A stretch of DNA of 64,000 nucleotides from Methylotenera sp. (GTDB taxonomy: Bacteria; Pseudomonadota; Gammaproteobacteria; Burkholderiales; Methylophilaceae). Shown here piece by piece: positions 48,587 to 58,313 of this stretch; positions within the stretch are counted from its first letter, which is position 1; each line of letters starts with the position of its first letter. Where the stretch lies: positions 86,245-150,244 of the forward strand of contig JBKJRC010000014.1 in NCBI GenBank assembly GCA_046594915.1, written 5' to 3'. Under the pieces are notes generated by a model that was not told the DNA's origin, searched no databases, and saw only the letters and a program-made list of their open reading frames with translations. The position numbers were made by a program, and so were the translations under genes.

Positions 48587-49441
48587 ATAAACGCTTTAAC
48601 AATACCGTCAATTTCGTCTCTTGATAGCTTTGATCAGTACATGCGTGCTGTTAAAGCTTTTCCGCTATTAAGCGCAGAAGAAGAATACGATTTAGCCACC
48701 AAGCTTAAGAATAATAACGATTTAGAAGCGGCGCAAACATTGATTGTTTCGCACCTTCGCTTAGTTGTAAGCATTGCACGTGGCTATTTGGGCTATGGTT
48801 TACCGCAATCTGATTTGATTCAAGAAGGTAATATTGGGCTGATGAAAGCCGTTAAGCGCTTTGACCCAGATCGCGGCGTGCGTTTGGTTTCGTTCGCCAT
48901 GCATTGGATTAAGGCCGAAATGAACGAATATATTGTGCGCAACTGGCGTTTAGTTAAAACGGCTACTACCAAAGCGCAACGCAAATTATTTTTTAATTTG
49001 CGTAGTATGAAAAAAGGCTTTGGGGCGTTGAATCCAGACGAAGTTGGTCATATTGCGCGTACGCTCAATGTAAAACCTGAAGAAGTAATGGAAATGGAAT
49101 ACCGGCTAAATGGCCAGGAGATTTCATTAGATGCGCAAATAGACGATGACGGCGATGAAAGTTTTAGTCCGATTGCCTATTTAGAAGACGAAAGCCCTGA
49201 GCCGTCCGAGTTTTTGGCCAACCAACAAACCGAACAATTGCAATCTGTGAGTTTAAATAAAGCGTTAATGAGTTTAGACGAGCGCAGTCGCCGCGTATTA
49301 GAAGCGCGCTGGTTAACTGAAAGTGCTGCAACCTTGACTTTGCATGATTTAGCCGCAGAATTTGGTGTTTCTGCTGAGCGTATTCGCCAGATTGAGCAAA
49401 AAGCGATGCAGAAAATTAAAGGCGCAATGTTGGCGGCTTAA
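48587..49441 (+). CDS. rpoH: RNA polymerase sigma factor RpoH (sigma32); start probably non-AUG at 48584/48587, first in-frame ATG at 48641
   Basis: RpoH box QRKLFFNLR, DLIQEGNIGLMKAVKRFDP, SAERIRQIE; ftsYEX-rpoH synteny; AAGGAG at 48573-48578. Confidence 0.95.
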   Translation: MNALTIPSISSLDSFDQYMRAVKAFPLLSAEEEYDLATKLKNNNDLEAAQTLIVSHLRLVVSIARGYLGYGLPQSDLIQEGNIGLMKAVKRFDPDRGVRLVSFAMHWIKAEMNEYIVRNWRLVKTATTKAQRKLFFNLRSMKKGFGALNPDEVGHIARTLNVKPEEVMEMEYRLNGQEISLDAQIDDDGDESFSPIAYLEDESPEPSEFLANQQTEQLQSVSLNKALMSLDERSRRVLEARWLTESAATLTLHDLAAEFGVSAERIRQIEQKAMQKIKGAMLAA

Positions 49442-49469
49442 GTTTATCAAGTCATTTGATATCTGCAAT

Positions 49470-49499
49470 AAAAAAGCCGACTAACTGTCGGCTTTTTTT
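49470..49499. terminator. Bidirectional terminator between rpoH and the dynamin-like gene
   Basis: AAAAAAGCCGAC-taact-GTCGGCTTTTTT. Confidence 0.9.
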
Positions 49500-49596
49500 A
49501 ATTACTTAACTACTTTATTAGTTCAAATTTTATTACCTCAATTTTTTGCTTTTAATTTTTGCTTAGCTTAAATAACTTTTTACTTGGTTTAAATAA

Positions 49597-51555
49597 CTAG
49601 GCTACTTTTGCCTGAGCTTCGCTTTCAAACGCCAGCGCGTTACCCATATGCTGACGTAATACTTTCAAATCGGTCATTTGCGCACGAATACTTTTTTCAA
49701 TATTTTCCAGCTCTAAAATGCGATCTTCCAACGTATCTGTCGCTTTATAGATGCGCTTAATACTTTCTAAACGACGCCGCAATTGCAATTGATGCTCACG
49801 CACTTGCGATTCCATCGGCGCAATGACCGCTTTTAGCCAGTTTTCTACATCGCGATTCGCCACTTCGTACACATGAATCACGCGACTAGCTAAGGTTTCA
49901 AAAAACTTAGTGGTTAAGGTCATTTTTTCGTTAGCAATCATATTAAAAGCGGTATTAAATTGCTCTTTATAGGCGCGCTCTAATTTGGCCAACTCTTTTT
50001 GATAGCGCAAAGTTGAAAATGCTGGCGGTTCTGATTTACGCAAGCCATGCTCTTTCGAAAACTTGTCGTACATCACGTCCATCATTTTCTTGATTTCGTC
50101 GATTTGCGCGTCTGACGACACTAAACGACCTTTTAAATCCAAGAAAAAGTGATCCATTGCTTCACGGATTGTCTTGGTAAAACTCGCTTTAATCATGGTT
50201 TCGCGCGTGGTATGCACTTGCACTTTAAGCGCTTCCATGCCGAGCAAAGTAAATAATTTATTGGTTTGCTGCGAAAACACACTACGCAATGCCTGAAAGC
50301 GTTGCAAACCTTTTTCAAAGTTTTCTTTGTCCACTTTGACCTTGTTCATCATGTGTTCAACCACATCTTCGTTTTTGCCACGCAGACCACGCAACTCATC
50401 CAATTGCTCCACCACGCCTGTCACGCGCGATTCTAAAATCATATTGGAATTAGCAATTAAGTCTTCAATCTCATTTTTGGTGTTATCACGCACGATTTCT
50501 TTTTTAGACGGAATCAACTCATCTGACAAGGCTTTTTCCAGCTCTGGCAAACGGCTTTGCGCCAACAAAGCTTCATCGCCATTAATTTTGGCTAACAAAC
50601 CTTTTTGCGCCGATGTCGGGAAAATTTGATTCGTTTCTAAACCAAGCAACTCTGCACTGGTTTTAATCTGCTTGCTAATCTCTTTTTCAATGTCTTTTTC
50701 GTTTTTTAATTCATCCCAAAGACCATCGATTTTATTTAATACCGCTAGTCGGCCTTTTTGTTTCCAGCGTGTGCCGCTAATATATTGACGCCACACGTCA
50801 ATTTCAGATTTAGTCACACCCGTATCAGCGGCTAAAATAAACAGCACTGCATGTGCATTTGGCAGCATATTGAGTGTTAACTCAGGCTCGGTACCAATCG
50901 CATTTAAACCTGGTGTATCTAAAATAACCAAACCTTGCTCAAGCAAAGGATGCGGAAAATTAATGGTGGCGTAACGCCAGCACGGGATATCAATACTGCC
51001 ATCTTTATTTAAACTCATGGCATCATCAGTGCTATTGGGATCATACAAGCCAAATTTTTCGGCTTCTTCAGCAGTCACGCGTTTGGTACTGCTGACTTCT
51101 TTAAACGCAGCTACCATGCTGTCGTTATTATCTATATCAAACTCAACCACTTTCCATTCATCTGGATAGCGCTTGTATTCAGTGGTGGTTGCATCGGACG
51201 AACGCGTTTCAATCGGCAACATTGAAATAGAGGTTGGTTTTGAGGCATCGTACAACAACTCGGTCGGGCACATGGTGGTGCGGCCAGCGCTGGATGGCAA
51301 CAATCTTTGACCGTAATCGGCAAAGAAAATCGCGTTAATTAACTCCGATTTACCGCGCGAAAATTCGGCCACAAAAGCAACATTGAGTTTATCTTCGCGT
51401 AATCGCTCAAGCAGGTTGCTAATACGCTGATCGATTTGCGCATCGTTAAGCTCTTGCTCGTTTAGCCAACTGCGATAATCGCAGATGCTATCAACCAGCG
51501 CTTTGCGCCACTCAGAATACGCTGCAAATTGATGCGCTAATTTATTTTCTGCCAT
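49597..51555 (-). CDS. Dynamin-like GTPase
   Basis: G1 AEFSRGKS, G2 TT, G3 DTPG, G4 NKID, long C-terminal helical stalk; ATG at 51555 with GGGAG RBS. Confidence 0.88.
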   Translation of the reverse strand: MAENKLAHQFAAYSEWRKALVDSICDYRSWLNEQELNDAQIDQRISNLLERLREDKLNVAFVAEFSRGKSELINAIFFADYGQRLLPSSAGRTTMCPTELLYDASKPTSISMLPIETRSSDATTTEYKRYPDEWKVVEFDIDNNDSMVAAFKEVSSTKRVTAEEAEKFGLYDPNSTDDAMSLNKDGSIDIPCWRYATINFPHPLLEQGLVILDTPGLNAIGTEPELTLNMLPNAHAVLFILAADTGVTKSEIDVWRQYISGTRWKQKGRLAVLNKIDGLWDELKNEKDIEKEISKQIKTSAELLGLETNQIFPTSAQKGLLAKINGDEALLAQSRLPELEKALSDELIPSKKEIVRDNTKNEIEDLIANSNMILESRVTGVVEQLDELRGLRGKNEDVVEHMMNKVKVDKENFEKGLQRFQALRSVFSQQTNKLFTLLGMEALKVQVHTTRETMIKASFTKTIREAMDHFFLDLKGRLVSSDAQIDEIKKMMDVMYDKFSKEHGLRKSEPPAFSTLRYQKELAKLERAYKEQFNTAFNMIANEKMTLTTKFFETLASRVIHVYEVANRDVENWLKAVIAPMESQVREHQLQLRRRLESIKRIYKATDTLEDRILELENIEKSIRAQMTDLKVLRQHMGNALAFESEAQAKVA

Positions 51556-51835
51556 TGTCGCTCCCACGCGTTGTGCTTAATAAAGCACTTATATAAACTG
51601 CACTGTAATGCTTAAAATCACCTCTTTATACTAAAAAGTACTTTATCATAACATTGATATTATTTAAATAAATCAACGTTACTATCAGGTTTAATTCATC
51701 TGATTTCTGATGAAAGGCTGGTTTTTAGACATAAACGGTTAAATTGGCTGATTCTTTGTGGTTAAAACCGCTAATCTGCTAGTCGTAACGCATGTTCTGT
51801 TATCATTATCGTTTGAAATATTCGCCATTTTTGCA

Positions 51836-52216
51836 ATGACAATCCTTAACCAGCATTCACCGCGCCCAATCGATATTCGTTTTCATCAAGCGTCACGATT
51901 ATTAGAAATTAAGTTTGATAACAACACCGAATGCATGTTGTCGACCGAATTTTTACGTGTTTATTCACCTTCTGCTGAAGTGCGCGGGCATGGCGCAGGA
52001 CAAGAAACGCTGCAAATTGGCAAAGAAGAAGTGAATATTACCGCTATCGAACCTGTCGGCAATTATGCAGTCAAGCTAATATTCTCAGATGGCCACGATA
52101 CTGGATTGTATTCCTGGGATTATCTGTACGAAATGGCTAGAAACTACGAAGCCATGTGGCAAGATTACATTGCAAAACTTGAGATAGCCGGACACAAACG
52201 TAAAGAGATTGTTTAG
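51836..52216 (+). CDS. DUF971 (GBBH-like N-terminal) domain protein
   Basis: [42 protein letters not shown]; upstream of ubiE. Confidence 0.9.
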   Translation: MTILNQHSPRPIDIRFHQASRLLEIKFDNNTECMLSTEFLRVYSPSAEVRGHGAGQETLQIGKEEVNITAIEPVGNYAVKLIFSDGHDTGLYSWDYLYEMARNYEAMWQDYIAKLEIAGHKRKEIV

Positions 52217-52224
52217 GAAATAAT

Positions 52225-52962
52225 ATGACCGAAAAAACCACCCATTTTGGCTACAAAACCATCAGTGAACCCGCAAAACAGCAAAAAGTGGGCGAGGTAT
52301 TTCATTCTGTCGCCAGCAAATACGACATGATGAACGACGTGATGTCTGCTGGCTTACATCGTATTTGGAAGCGTTTTGCAGTCGATATCAGTGGCGTTAA
52401 AACAGGCGATAAAGTACTGGATATTGCTGGCGGCAGTGGCGATTTATCTAAATTATTTGCACAAAAAGTTGGTGCATCAGGCGAAGTGATTTTGACTGAC
52501 ATTAACGCATCGATGTTAGCGGTGGGGCGCGACCGCATGATTGACGCGGGCTTGAGCGTTCCCGCCATCCAATGCAATGCAGAGCAGCTGCCATTTGCAA
52601 ACCACAGTTTTGATTGTGTAATTGTGGCATTTGGTTTACGTAATATGACGCATAAAGATATCGCGCTAAAAGAAATGCAACGTGTGCTAAAAGTGGGTGG
52701 CAGGCTTTTAGTGTTGGAATTCTCCAAAGTGTGGCAACCATTAGAAAAATTGTACGATATTTATTCGTTTAAGTTATTGCCTTTTATGGGTAAATTAGTT
52801 GCCAAAGATGCGGAAAGTTATCAGTATTTAGCTGAAAGCATCCGCATGCACCCCGACCAGGAAACGCTTAAACAAATGATGATTGAAGCGGGGTTCAATC
52901 AAGTGGATTACCATAATTTAAACGCTGGTGTAGTTGCATTACACAAAGGCTACAAAACTTAG
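52225..52962 (+). CDS. ubiE: Ubiquinone/menaquinone C-methyltransferase
   Basis: [47 protein letters not shown]. Confidence 0.97.
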   Translation: MTEKTTHFGYKTISEPAKQQKVGEVFHSVASKYDMMNDVMSAGLHRIWKRFAVDISGVKTGDKVLDIAGGSGDLSKLFAQKVGASGEVILTDINASMLAVGRDRMIDAGLSVPAIQCNAEQLPFANHSFDCVIVAFGLRNMTHKDIALKEMQRVLKVGGRLLVLEFSKVWQPLEKLYDIYSFKLLPFMGKLVAKDAESYQYLAESIRMHPDQETLKQMMIEAGFNQVDYHNLNAGVVALHKGYKT

Positions 52963-52968
52963 TTAACC

Positions 52969-53571
52969 ATGTTTAAGCCGTTAATCAACCGTTTTTTGCA
53001 ACATATTACCAATCAAAATAATTGGTCACGGCCTTATTTAATTGGCTTTTCTGGCAAAGTCATACAGTTTGATTTTGTGTTAATCAAAGCAAATCTACTT
53101 ATTCTAGAAGACGGCAGTTTAAGTATTGCAGGCGAAACTGCTACGCCTGATGCGGTTATTCATGTGCAGCCAAGTTTAGCGCTGCGCTTAATGGCGCAAG
53201 ACGAATCTGCCAAGATGCAAATTAAAATTGATGGGGATGTGCATTTAGCCACTGAACTTAGCAAAGTTTTGCAGCAAATGCGCTGGGATGTTGAAGAAGA
53301 TTTAAGTCATGTTATTGGAGATATAGCTGCCAATAAAGTTGTTAACAATAGTCAAAAAATAGCGCAAGTGACTAAAAAACAAGGTATTAATTTAGCCGAA
53401 ATGTTCAGCGAATATTGGCAAGAAGAAAAACCCATGCTTGCCAAAAAATGGCGTGTAGAAAAATTCATTAACGATGTTGATGGCCTAAAAAGCGACATTG
53501 CGCGCTTAGAAAAAAAACTGCAAAAACTGGCTCAATCAACCACAAACTCTGCAGAAAGTAACACGGATTAA
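52969..53571 (+). CDS. ubiJ: Ubiquinone biosynthesis accessory factor (SCP2 domain)
   Basis: IKIDGD, RWDVEEDLSHVIGD, C-terminal coiled coil; between ubiE and ubiB. Confidence 0.88.
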   Translation: MFKPLINRFLQHITNQNNWSRPYLIGFSGKVIQFDFVLIKANLLILEDGSLSIAGETATPDAVIHVQPSLALRLMAQDESAKMQIKIDGDVHLATELSKVLQQMRWDVEEDLSHVIGDIAANKVVNNSQKIAQVTKKQGINLAEMFSEYWQEEKPMLAKKWRVEKFINDVDGLKSDIARLEKKLQKLAQSTTNSAESNTD

Positions 53572-55139
53572 TGCATTATTTTCGCTTACTTTATATCGTT
53601 TTTATCATTTTAAAATTCGGTTTAGATGAGTTTATCAGCGAACATCTATCGCTTAAGCCTTTGCATAACATCATTAAGCTGTTGTTTTTTTGGCGTAAAG
53701 CAACGTTGCCAAGAGGTGTACGATTACGATTAGCATTAGAAAAACTAGGTCCGCTATTCGTTAAATTTGGGCAAATGCTATCTACTCGCCGCGATTTATT
53801 ACCAGTAGATATCGCAAACGAATTAGCTAAATTGCAAGATCAAGTGCCTCCATTTGATTTTTCAGATGTGCAAAAAAGCATTGAAGCTGCTTTTGGTTTA
53901 CCTTTAAATCAAGTTTACAGTCAGTTTAACCCAGTTGCAGTTGCCAGTGCATCGGTTGCGCAAGTGCATTTTGCGCATTTAATGAGCGGGCAAGAAGTGG
54001 CTGTTAAGGTATTGCGGCCAGGTATTAGTAAGGTCATTAGCCAAGATTTATCGTTATTAAAATCACTCGCGTGGTTGTTACAAGCGGTTTCAAGCGAAGG
54101 TAAGCGCTTAAAACCATTAGAAGTGGTGGATGAATTTGCGCGTCACACCAAGCATGAATTAGATTTAACATTAGAAGCGGCTAATTGCAGCCAATTAGCC
54201 CGCAATTTCGCCCAAAAAGATGCGTTAAGAACACGCTTGCTAATCCCTGAAGTGTATTGGGATTATTGCCGCAAAGAAGTGATGACCATGCAGCGCATGC
54301 ATGGCACGCCAGTTAGCCAAATCGACGTATTGCGTGCAAAAGGCATCGACATCACCAAGCTTGCACACGAGGGCGTCGAAATCTTTTTTACACAAGTGTT
54401 TCGCGACGGGTTTTTTCATGCCGATATGCACCCGGGCAATATTCAAGTTGCCGACGATGGAACAGATAAAGGCAAATATATTGCCCTGGATTTTGGCATT
54501 ATGGGTAGCCTTAGCGACACGGATAAATATTACTTAGCCCGTAACTTTTTAGCCTTTTTTAATCGTGACTATCGCGATGTGGCATTGGCGCATATCGAAT
54601 CTGGCTGGGTGCCGCGAGACACCAATATTGAAGAACTGGAAACCGCTATTAGAGCGATTTGCGAGCCGATTTTTGACAAGCCGCTTAAAGACATTTCTTT
54701 TGGCCGTACGCTATTAAGCCTGTTTCAAATGTCACGTCGTTTTGGCGTGGTGATTCAGCCGCAGTTAGTCATGCTACAAAAAACGCTCCTCAATATTGAG
54801 GGATTAGGCCGCGATCTGGATCCGAATATTGATTTGTGGCAAACCGCAAAACCTTTTTTAAACCGCTGGATGAGCGAGCAAGTCGGCTGGCGTAGCATTG
54901 CCAACACTCTCAAAAAAGAATTGCCTTTCATCTTAAAAAATACCCCACAAATGCCGAGGCTTATTCATCAATTTTTAAGCCAGAAAACCGTTTCTGAACA
55001 AGAGCAGCCATTGCATGAAACCATGTTAACGCTTATTCATGCACAACAAAAACAGGCGCGCTGGCAAAAAAGATTAACGCTGGTAGTATTGTCATTATTG
55101 TTACTGCAAATTGCAGGTGCTTTAGTGCTATTGATTTAA
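53571..55139 (+). CDS. ubiB: Ubiquinone biosynthesis kinase-like protein
   Basis: LGPLFVKFGQMLSTR, ASASVAQVH, VAVKVLRP, FFHADMHPGN, LDFGIMG. Confidence 0.96.
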   Translation: MHYFRLLYIVFIILKFGLDEFISEHLSLKPLHNIIKLLFFWRKATLPRGVRLRLALEKLGPLFVKFGQMLSTRRDLLPVDIANELAKLQDQVPPFDFSDVQKSIEAAFGLPLNQVYSQFNPVAVASASVAQVHFAHLMSGQEVAVKVLRPGISKVISQDLSLLKSLAWLLQAVSSEGKRLKPLEVVDEFARHTKHELDLTLEAANCSQLARNFAQKDALRTRLLIPEVYWDYCRKEVMTMQRMHGTPVSQIDVLRAKGIDITKLAHEGVEIFFTQVFRDGFFHADMHPGNIQVADDGTDKGKYIALDFGIMGSLSDTDKYYLARNFLAFFNRDYRDVALAHIESGWVPRDTNIEELETAIRAICEPIFDKPLKDISFGRTLLSLFQMSRRFGVVIQPQLVMLQKTLLNIEGLGRDLDPNIDLWQTAKPFLNRWMSEQVGWRSIANTLKKELPFILKNTPQMPRLIHQFLSQKTVSEQEQPLHETMLTLIHAQQKQARWQKRLTLVVLSLLLLQIAGALVLLI

Positions 55140-55164
55140 TACAAACACTTAGTAAACATACACG

Positions 55165-56406
55165 CTAGCCCTTTGAATAATTGGCTAACGCTTGTTGAAT
55201 AATTTTCAATCGTTTCATGTGCATTTGTTTGTGCGTCATATTGCTCACCTCATTAACACAATTTGTACTCATGTCAATTAACGTCTGTCTAACGTGCATA
55301 ATCGCAATAAGTTGTTGTTTTAGGCTCTCAATATTACCTGTTCTAAAGAAATACCCTGTTTTCTGACTCTCTACACATTGCATTAACCCAGCAGTATCTG
55401 CACAAAGCACTGGCAGCCCTTGAGAAAAAGCATCAAAAACGTTTCTAGGCTGTTCATCCGATAAACTTGGAATCACCATTAAATCATAGCCATGTAGTAA
55501 GTTAAAAAAATCTGGCCCATATTTAACCGTTCCACAGAGCTTTATTTGAGCTTGTTTGTTTTGAGCACGAATGAGTTGGTCGCATTCCTGCAATAAGTTT
55601 CCATCGCCCACAACATCCAACGTGAATGAATAGCCTGCATCGATTAACTCACTAGCCGCTTTAATGAGTAGCAATATACCTTTTTCTACTACTAGCCGGC
55701 CTGCAAATATTAACTTTATCGGCTGTGCAATATGCGCTGATTTAGTTTGAATCAACAAATTTAAAGCAGATTCACTCAATATGTTCTCTGCGTCAATCCA
55801 GGTAGCTGGTATCACAAAGCCTTTTTGCTGATGATTTTTTAATAGTGATTTTTTATAATCTTGTTGCGTAAACGTACTTAAATCTGCACTTTGTACGCAC
55901 AAGCGATTTAAATATTCGCACACAATTGCTCTTAATTTTCTTTTAAAACCAACTGTTTGATTAACAGGAATTCGCCAAAAGGCCGACTCAACATTAATAA
56001 AATGAAAACGCCTTCTTAATACAAGCAATGGACAGATTATCCAAGCTTCTGGTAAAGGCCAGCCAGCAACTGCACTATGAACAATTTGAGTGTGCTTGAT
56101 TTCTTTCCATAACACTCTGATGACTTTTGGCAACAAAAATATTGCATGTAATGTATTGTGAGGTTTTTGTAGCAATACAAAACGTACATTTTTTAAAGCT
56201 GGATTATTTTCAATCTCTACCGCATCCTTAAGTGGAATTTCATCTGAAAAGTATGAAACCAAAGTCAAGTTTTCGATATAGTTTGCATGCTCTATCAAGT
56301 CTTTGGCCCAAGCATTGGAAACACAAAGCATATTATTCGCGTTACGCATGTAAGGTACAGAAAACAATACGAGCAAATATGGGGTTGTTAAATTGGATGG
56401 ATTCAT
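55165..56406 (-). CDS. Glycosyltransferase family 4
   Basis: FAGRLVVEKG, PSLSDEQPRNVFDAFSQGLP GT-B motifs; AT-rich. Confidence 0.85.
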   Translation of the reverse strand: MNPSNLTTPYLLVLFSVPYMRNANNMLCVSNAWAKDLIEHANYIENLTLVSYFSDEIPLKDAVEIENNPALKNVRFVLLQKPHNTLHAIFLLPKVIRVLWKEIKHTQIVHSAVAGWPLPEAWIICPLLVLRRRFHFINVESAFWRIPVNQTVGFKRKLRAIVCEYLNRLCVQSADLSTFTQQDYKKSLLKNHQQKGFVIPATWIDAENILSESALNLLIQTKSAHIAQPIKLIFAGRLVVEKGILLLIKAASELIDAGYSFTLDVVGDGNLLQECDQLIRAQNKQAQIKLCGTVKYGPDFFNLLHGYDLMVIPSLSDEQPRNVFDAFSQGLPVLCADTAGLMQCVESQKTGYFFRTGNIESLKQQLIAIMHVRQTLIDMSTNCVNEVSNMTHKQMHMKRLKIIQQALANYSKG

Positions 56407-56486
56407 GGCTGATTGTAAATGTCTTATACCTTATTATGCTAGCGTAATAACCTGCTTTTAGCTAATAATTTTAGCCCCTAATTTCA

Positions 56487-57329
56487 TTAACGATGCTGGC
56501 ACATACCGCAATAAAAAGTAGAGCGCTGTCCCAATCGAATATTTTTTATCTGCTGTGAGCATATTTTGCAGGGTTGGTTAGTTCGACCATAAACAAAATA
56601 TTCCTGCTGAAAATATCCAGGGTTTCCATCCGCACCAAAGAAATCCCGCAAACTGCTGCCACCTGCTTTGAGTGCATCGTTGAGTGTGGATTTAATTTCT
56701 AATACCAATTTTTCGCATTGTTTTAGTGTTAAGTATTTCGCAGGGGTCTCGGGATGAATACGTGCGCGGAACAACGATTCTGATGCATAAATATTACCAA
56801 CCCCAACCACCAAATGGCTATCCATAATGGCTACTTTAATCGCTGATATGCGCGTGCGTAATGCGTCAAATAAATACTGTGCATTAAAATTTTCTTCCAG
56901 CGGCTCTGGGCCTAGTACGCAAATTAATGGATGCTCATGTGGCGTGTCACCTGCCCACAGCACTGCGCCAAAGCGACGCGGATCGCGCAACCTCAACACG
57001 CGGCCATCATCAAATACGATGTCAAAATGGTCGTGTTTTTCAGGCGGAAAATGGCGTTCCATCAAACAAATACGACCTGACATGCCTAAATGTAATAACA
57101 AAGTACCATTTGGAATTACTGTATCGCCAGAAGCGCCTCCGAAATCAGCCAGAATATACTTAGCACGGCGTCTCAAACCCAATAGCTTTTGCTGATGCAG
57201 TGTTTGTGGCAAATGGGAAGGAATGGGCCAACGCATGCTGGCATTGCGAATGACCACTTGCGCCACGCTATGATTGATTAACGGCATAAGCCCGCGGCGC
57301 GTAATCTCTACCTCGGGTAACTCAGGCAT
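56487..57329 (-). CDS. mutM: Formamidopyrimidine-DNA glycosylase
   Basis: MPELPEVE, HLGMSG, DPRRFG, GVGNIYASE, C-terminal CxxC...CxxCQ zinc finger. Confidence 0.98.
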   Translation of the reverse strand: MPELPEVEITRRGLMPLINHSVAQVVIRNASMRWPIPSHLPQTLHQQKLLGLRRRAKYILADFGGASGDTVIPNGTLLLHLGMSGRICLMERHFPPEKHDHFDIVFDDGRVLRLRDPRRFGAVLWAGDTPHEHPLICVLGPEPLEENFNAQYLFDALRTRISAIKVAIMDSHLVVGVGNIYASESLFRARIHPETPAKYLTLKQCEKLVLEIKSTLNDALKAGGSSLRDFFGADGNPGYFQQEYFVYGRTNQPCKICSQQIKNIRLGQRSTFYCGMCQHR

Positions 57330-57341
57330 GCAAATGGGCAG

Positions 57342-58235
57342 CTATTTTAGGTTAATCGGTGGATTTAACATGGTAAATCCAACATCATTGGTAAAATGAT
57401 ACAAAATGCCTTCATCAGGGCGGCCTAGCAACAATTCGGGTGATTCTTGAATTTTGTCAAAATGCACACTTTTTCCGTTTTTTAGTTTGACTTCAAACGA
57501 TGGGTAAACGGTTTTGCGGTCTGGCGTATACAACTCCACCGATTTGGCTGGGCTTTGTTTCCAGCTAAAATCTAGCCATTCGTTCATTTCATTTTGGCTT
57601 GGTTTTGCTTTGGGTGCATTCACTTTCCAGTTGCCATCCACCATATCCACATTTAGTCGCACTTCTTCCCATTGCTCTAAGCGCGAAAAATCAAAGCCGC
57701 TAATCTGTTTTACTTCGGCTGGTGCAAGTGGCAATTTATCGATTAACTCAACACTTTGCACGCTGGCTGCTTCTGCATATCCTGCATGAATCAGGTAAAC
57801 GGCATCTTTGTAGGCTAGGTACTGTAGCTCTGTTACGGAGTTATGTGTACCAAATACAAATTCTTCTGTGCCTTTGCTGCCCATGAGTTGTAATTTAAGT
57901 TCTGGATTATTCAGGCCGTATTTTGCTAAATCTTTTGCAGAATATTTATCTTTACTGGTTGCGGCAATAATAGACAAAATACGCTGTACGGACATTTGGT
58001 CGGCACGCGCTTTATACGGCGCGGTCATGTGCCAAAATCCGTTTACTTTTTCAAAACGCATCGCTTTAAGTGCAGGAAACTCTATTTTAATCGCAGTAAA
58101 ATCGGCCAGTTTCAATTGAGAAACGGCATATTCGGCAGGCGCATCATTATTGGTTTGCGGGCGTAAATACAAAAATGCAACCAAGCCGCCGACCAACAAC
58201 AGCATCACCAGATTCAATATCCATCTATTTTTCAT
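57342..58235 (-). CDS. DUF4340 domain protein
   Basis: N-terminal TM anchor, W.M..P...RAD, KYGLNNP; last gene of a Gld-like ABC module. Confidence 0.75.
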   Translation of the reverse strand: MKNRWILNLVMLLLVGGLVAFLYLRPQTNNDAPAEYAVSQLKLADFTAIKIEFPALKAMRFEKVNGFWHMTAPYKARADQMSVQRILSIIAATSKDKYSAKDLAKYGLNNPELKLQLMGSKGTEEFVFGTHNSVTELQYLAYKDAVYLIHAGYAEAASVQSVELIDKLPLAPAEVKQISGFDFSRLEQWEEVRLNVDMVDGNWKVNAPKAKPSQNEMNEWLDFSWKQSPAKSVELYTPDRKTVYPSFEVKLKNGKSVHFDKIQESPELLLGRPDEGILYHFTNDVGFTMLNPPINLK

Positions 58236-58313
58236 TTTTCAACTTACTCTTATTTCAACTTAACAGTTTTTTGGCTGTATTTTTATGCATTTTTTACAGC
58301 TTAAGTTTATCGC

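Noticed and set aside
51758-51835. 26-codon upstream extension of the DUF971 ORF
   Set aside because: Starts at GTG in an AT-rich divergent promoter region; family similarity begins after the ATG at 51836.
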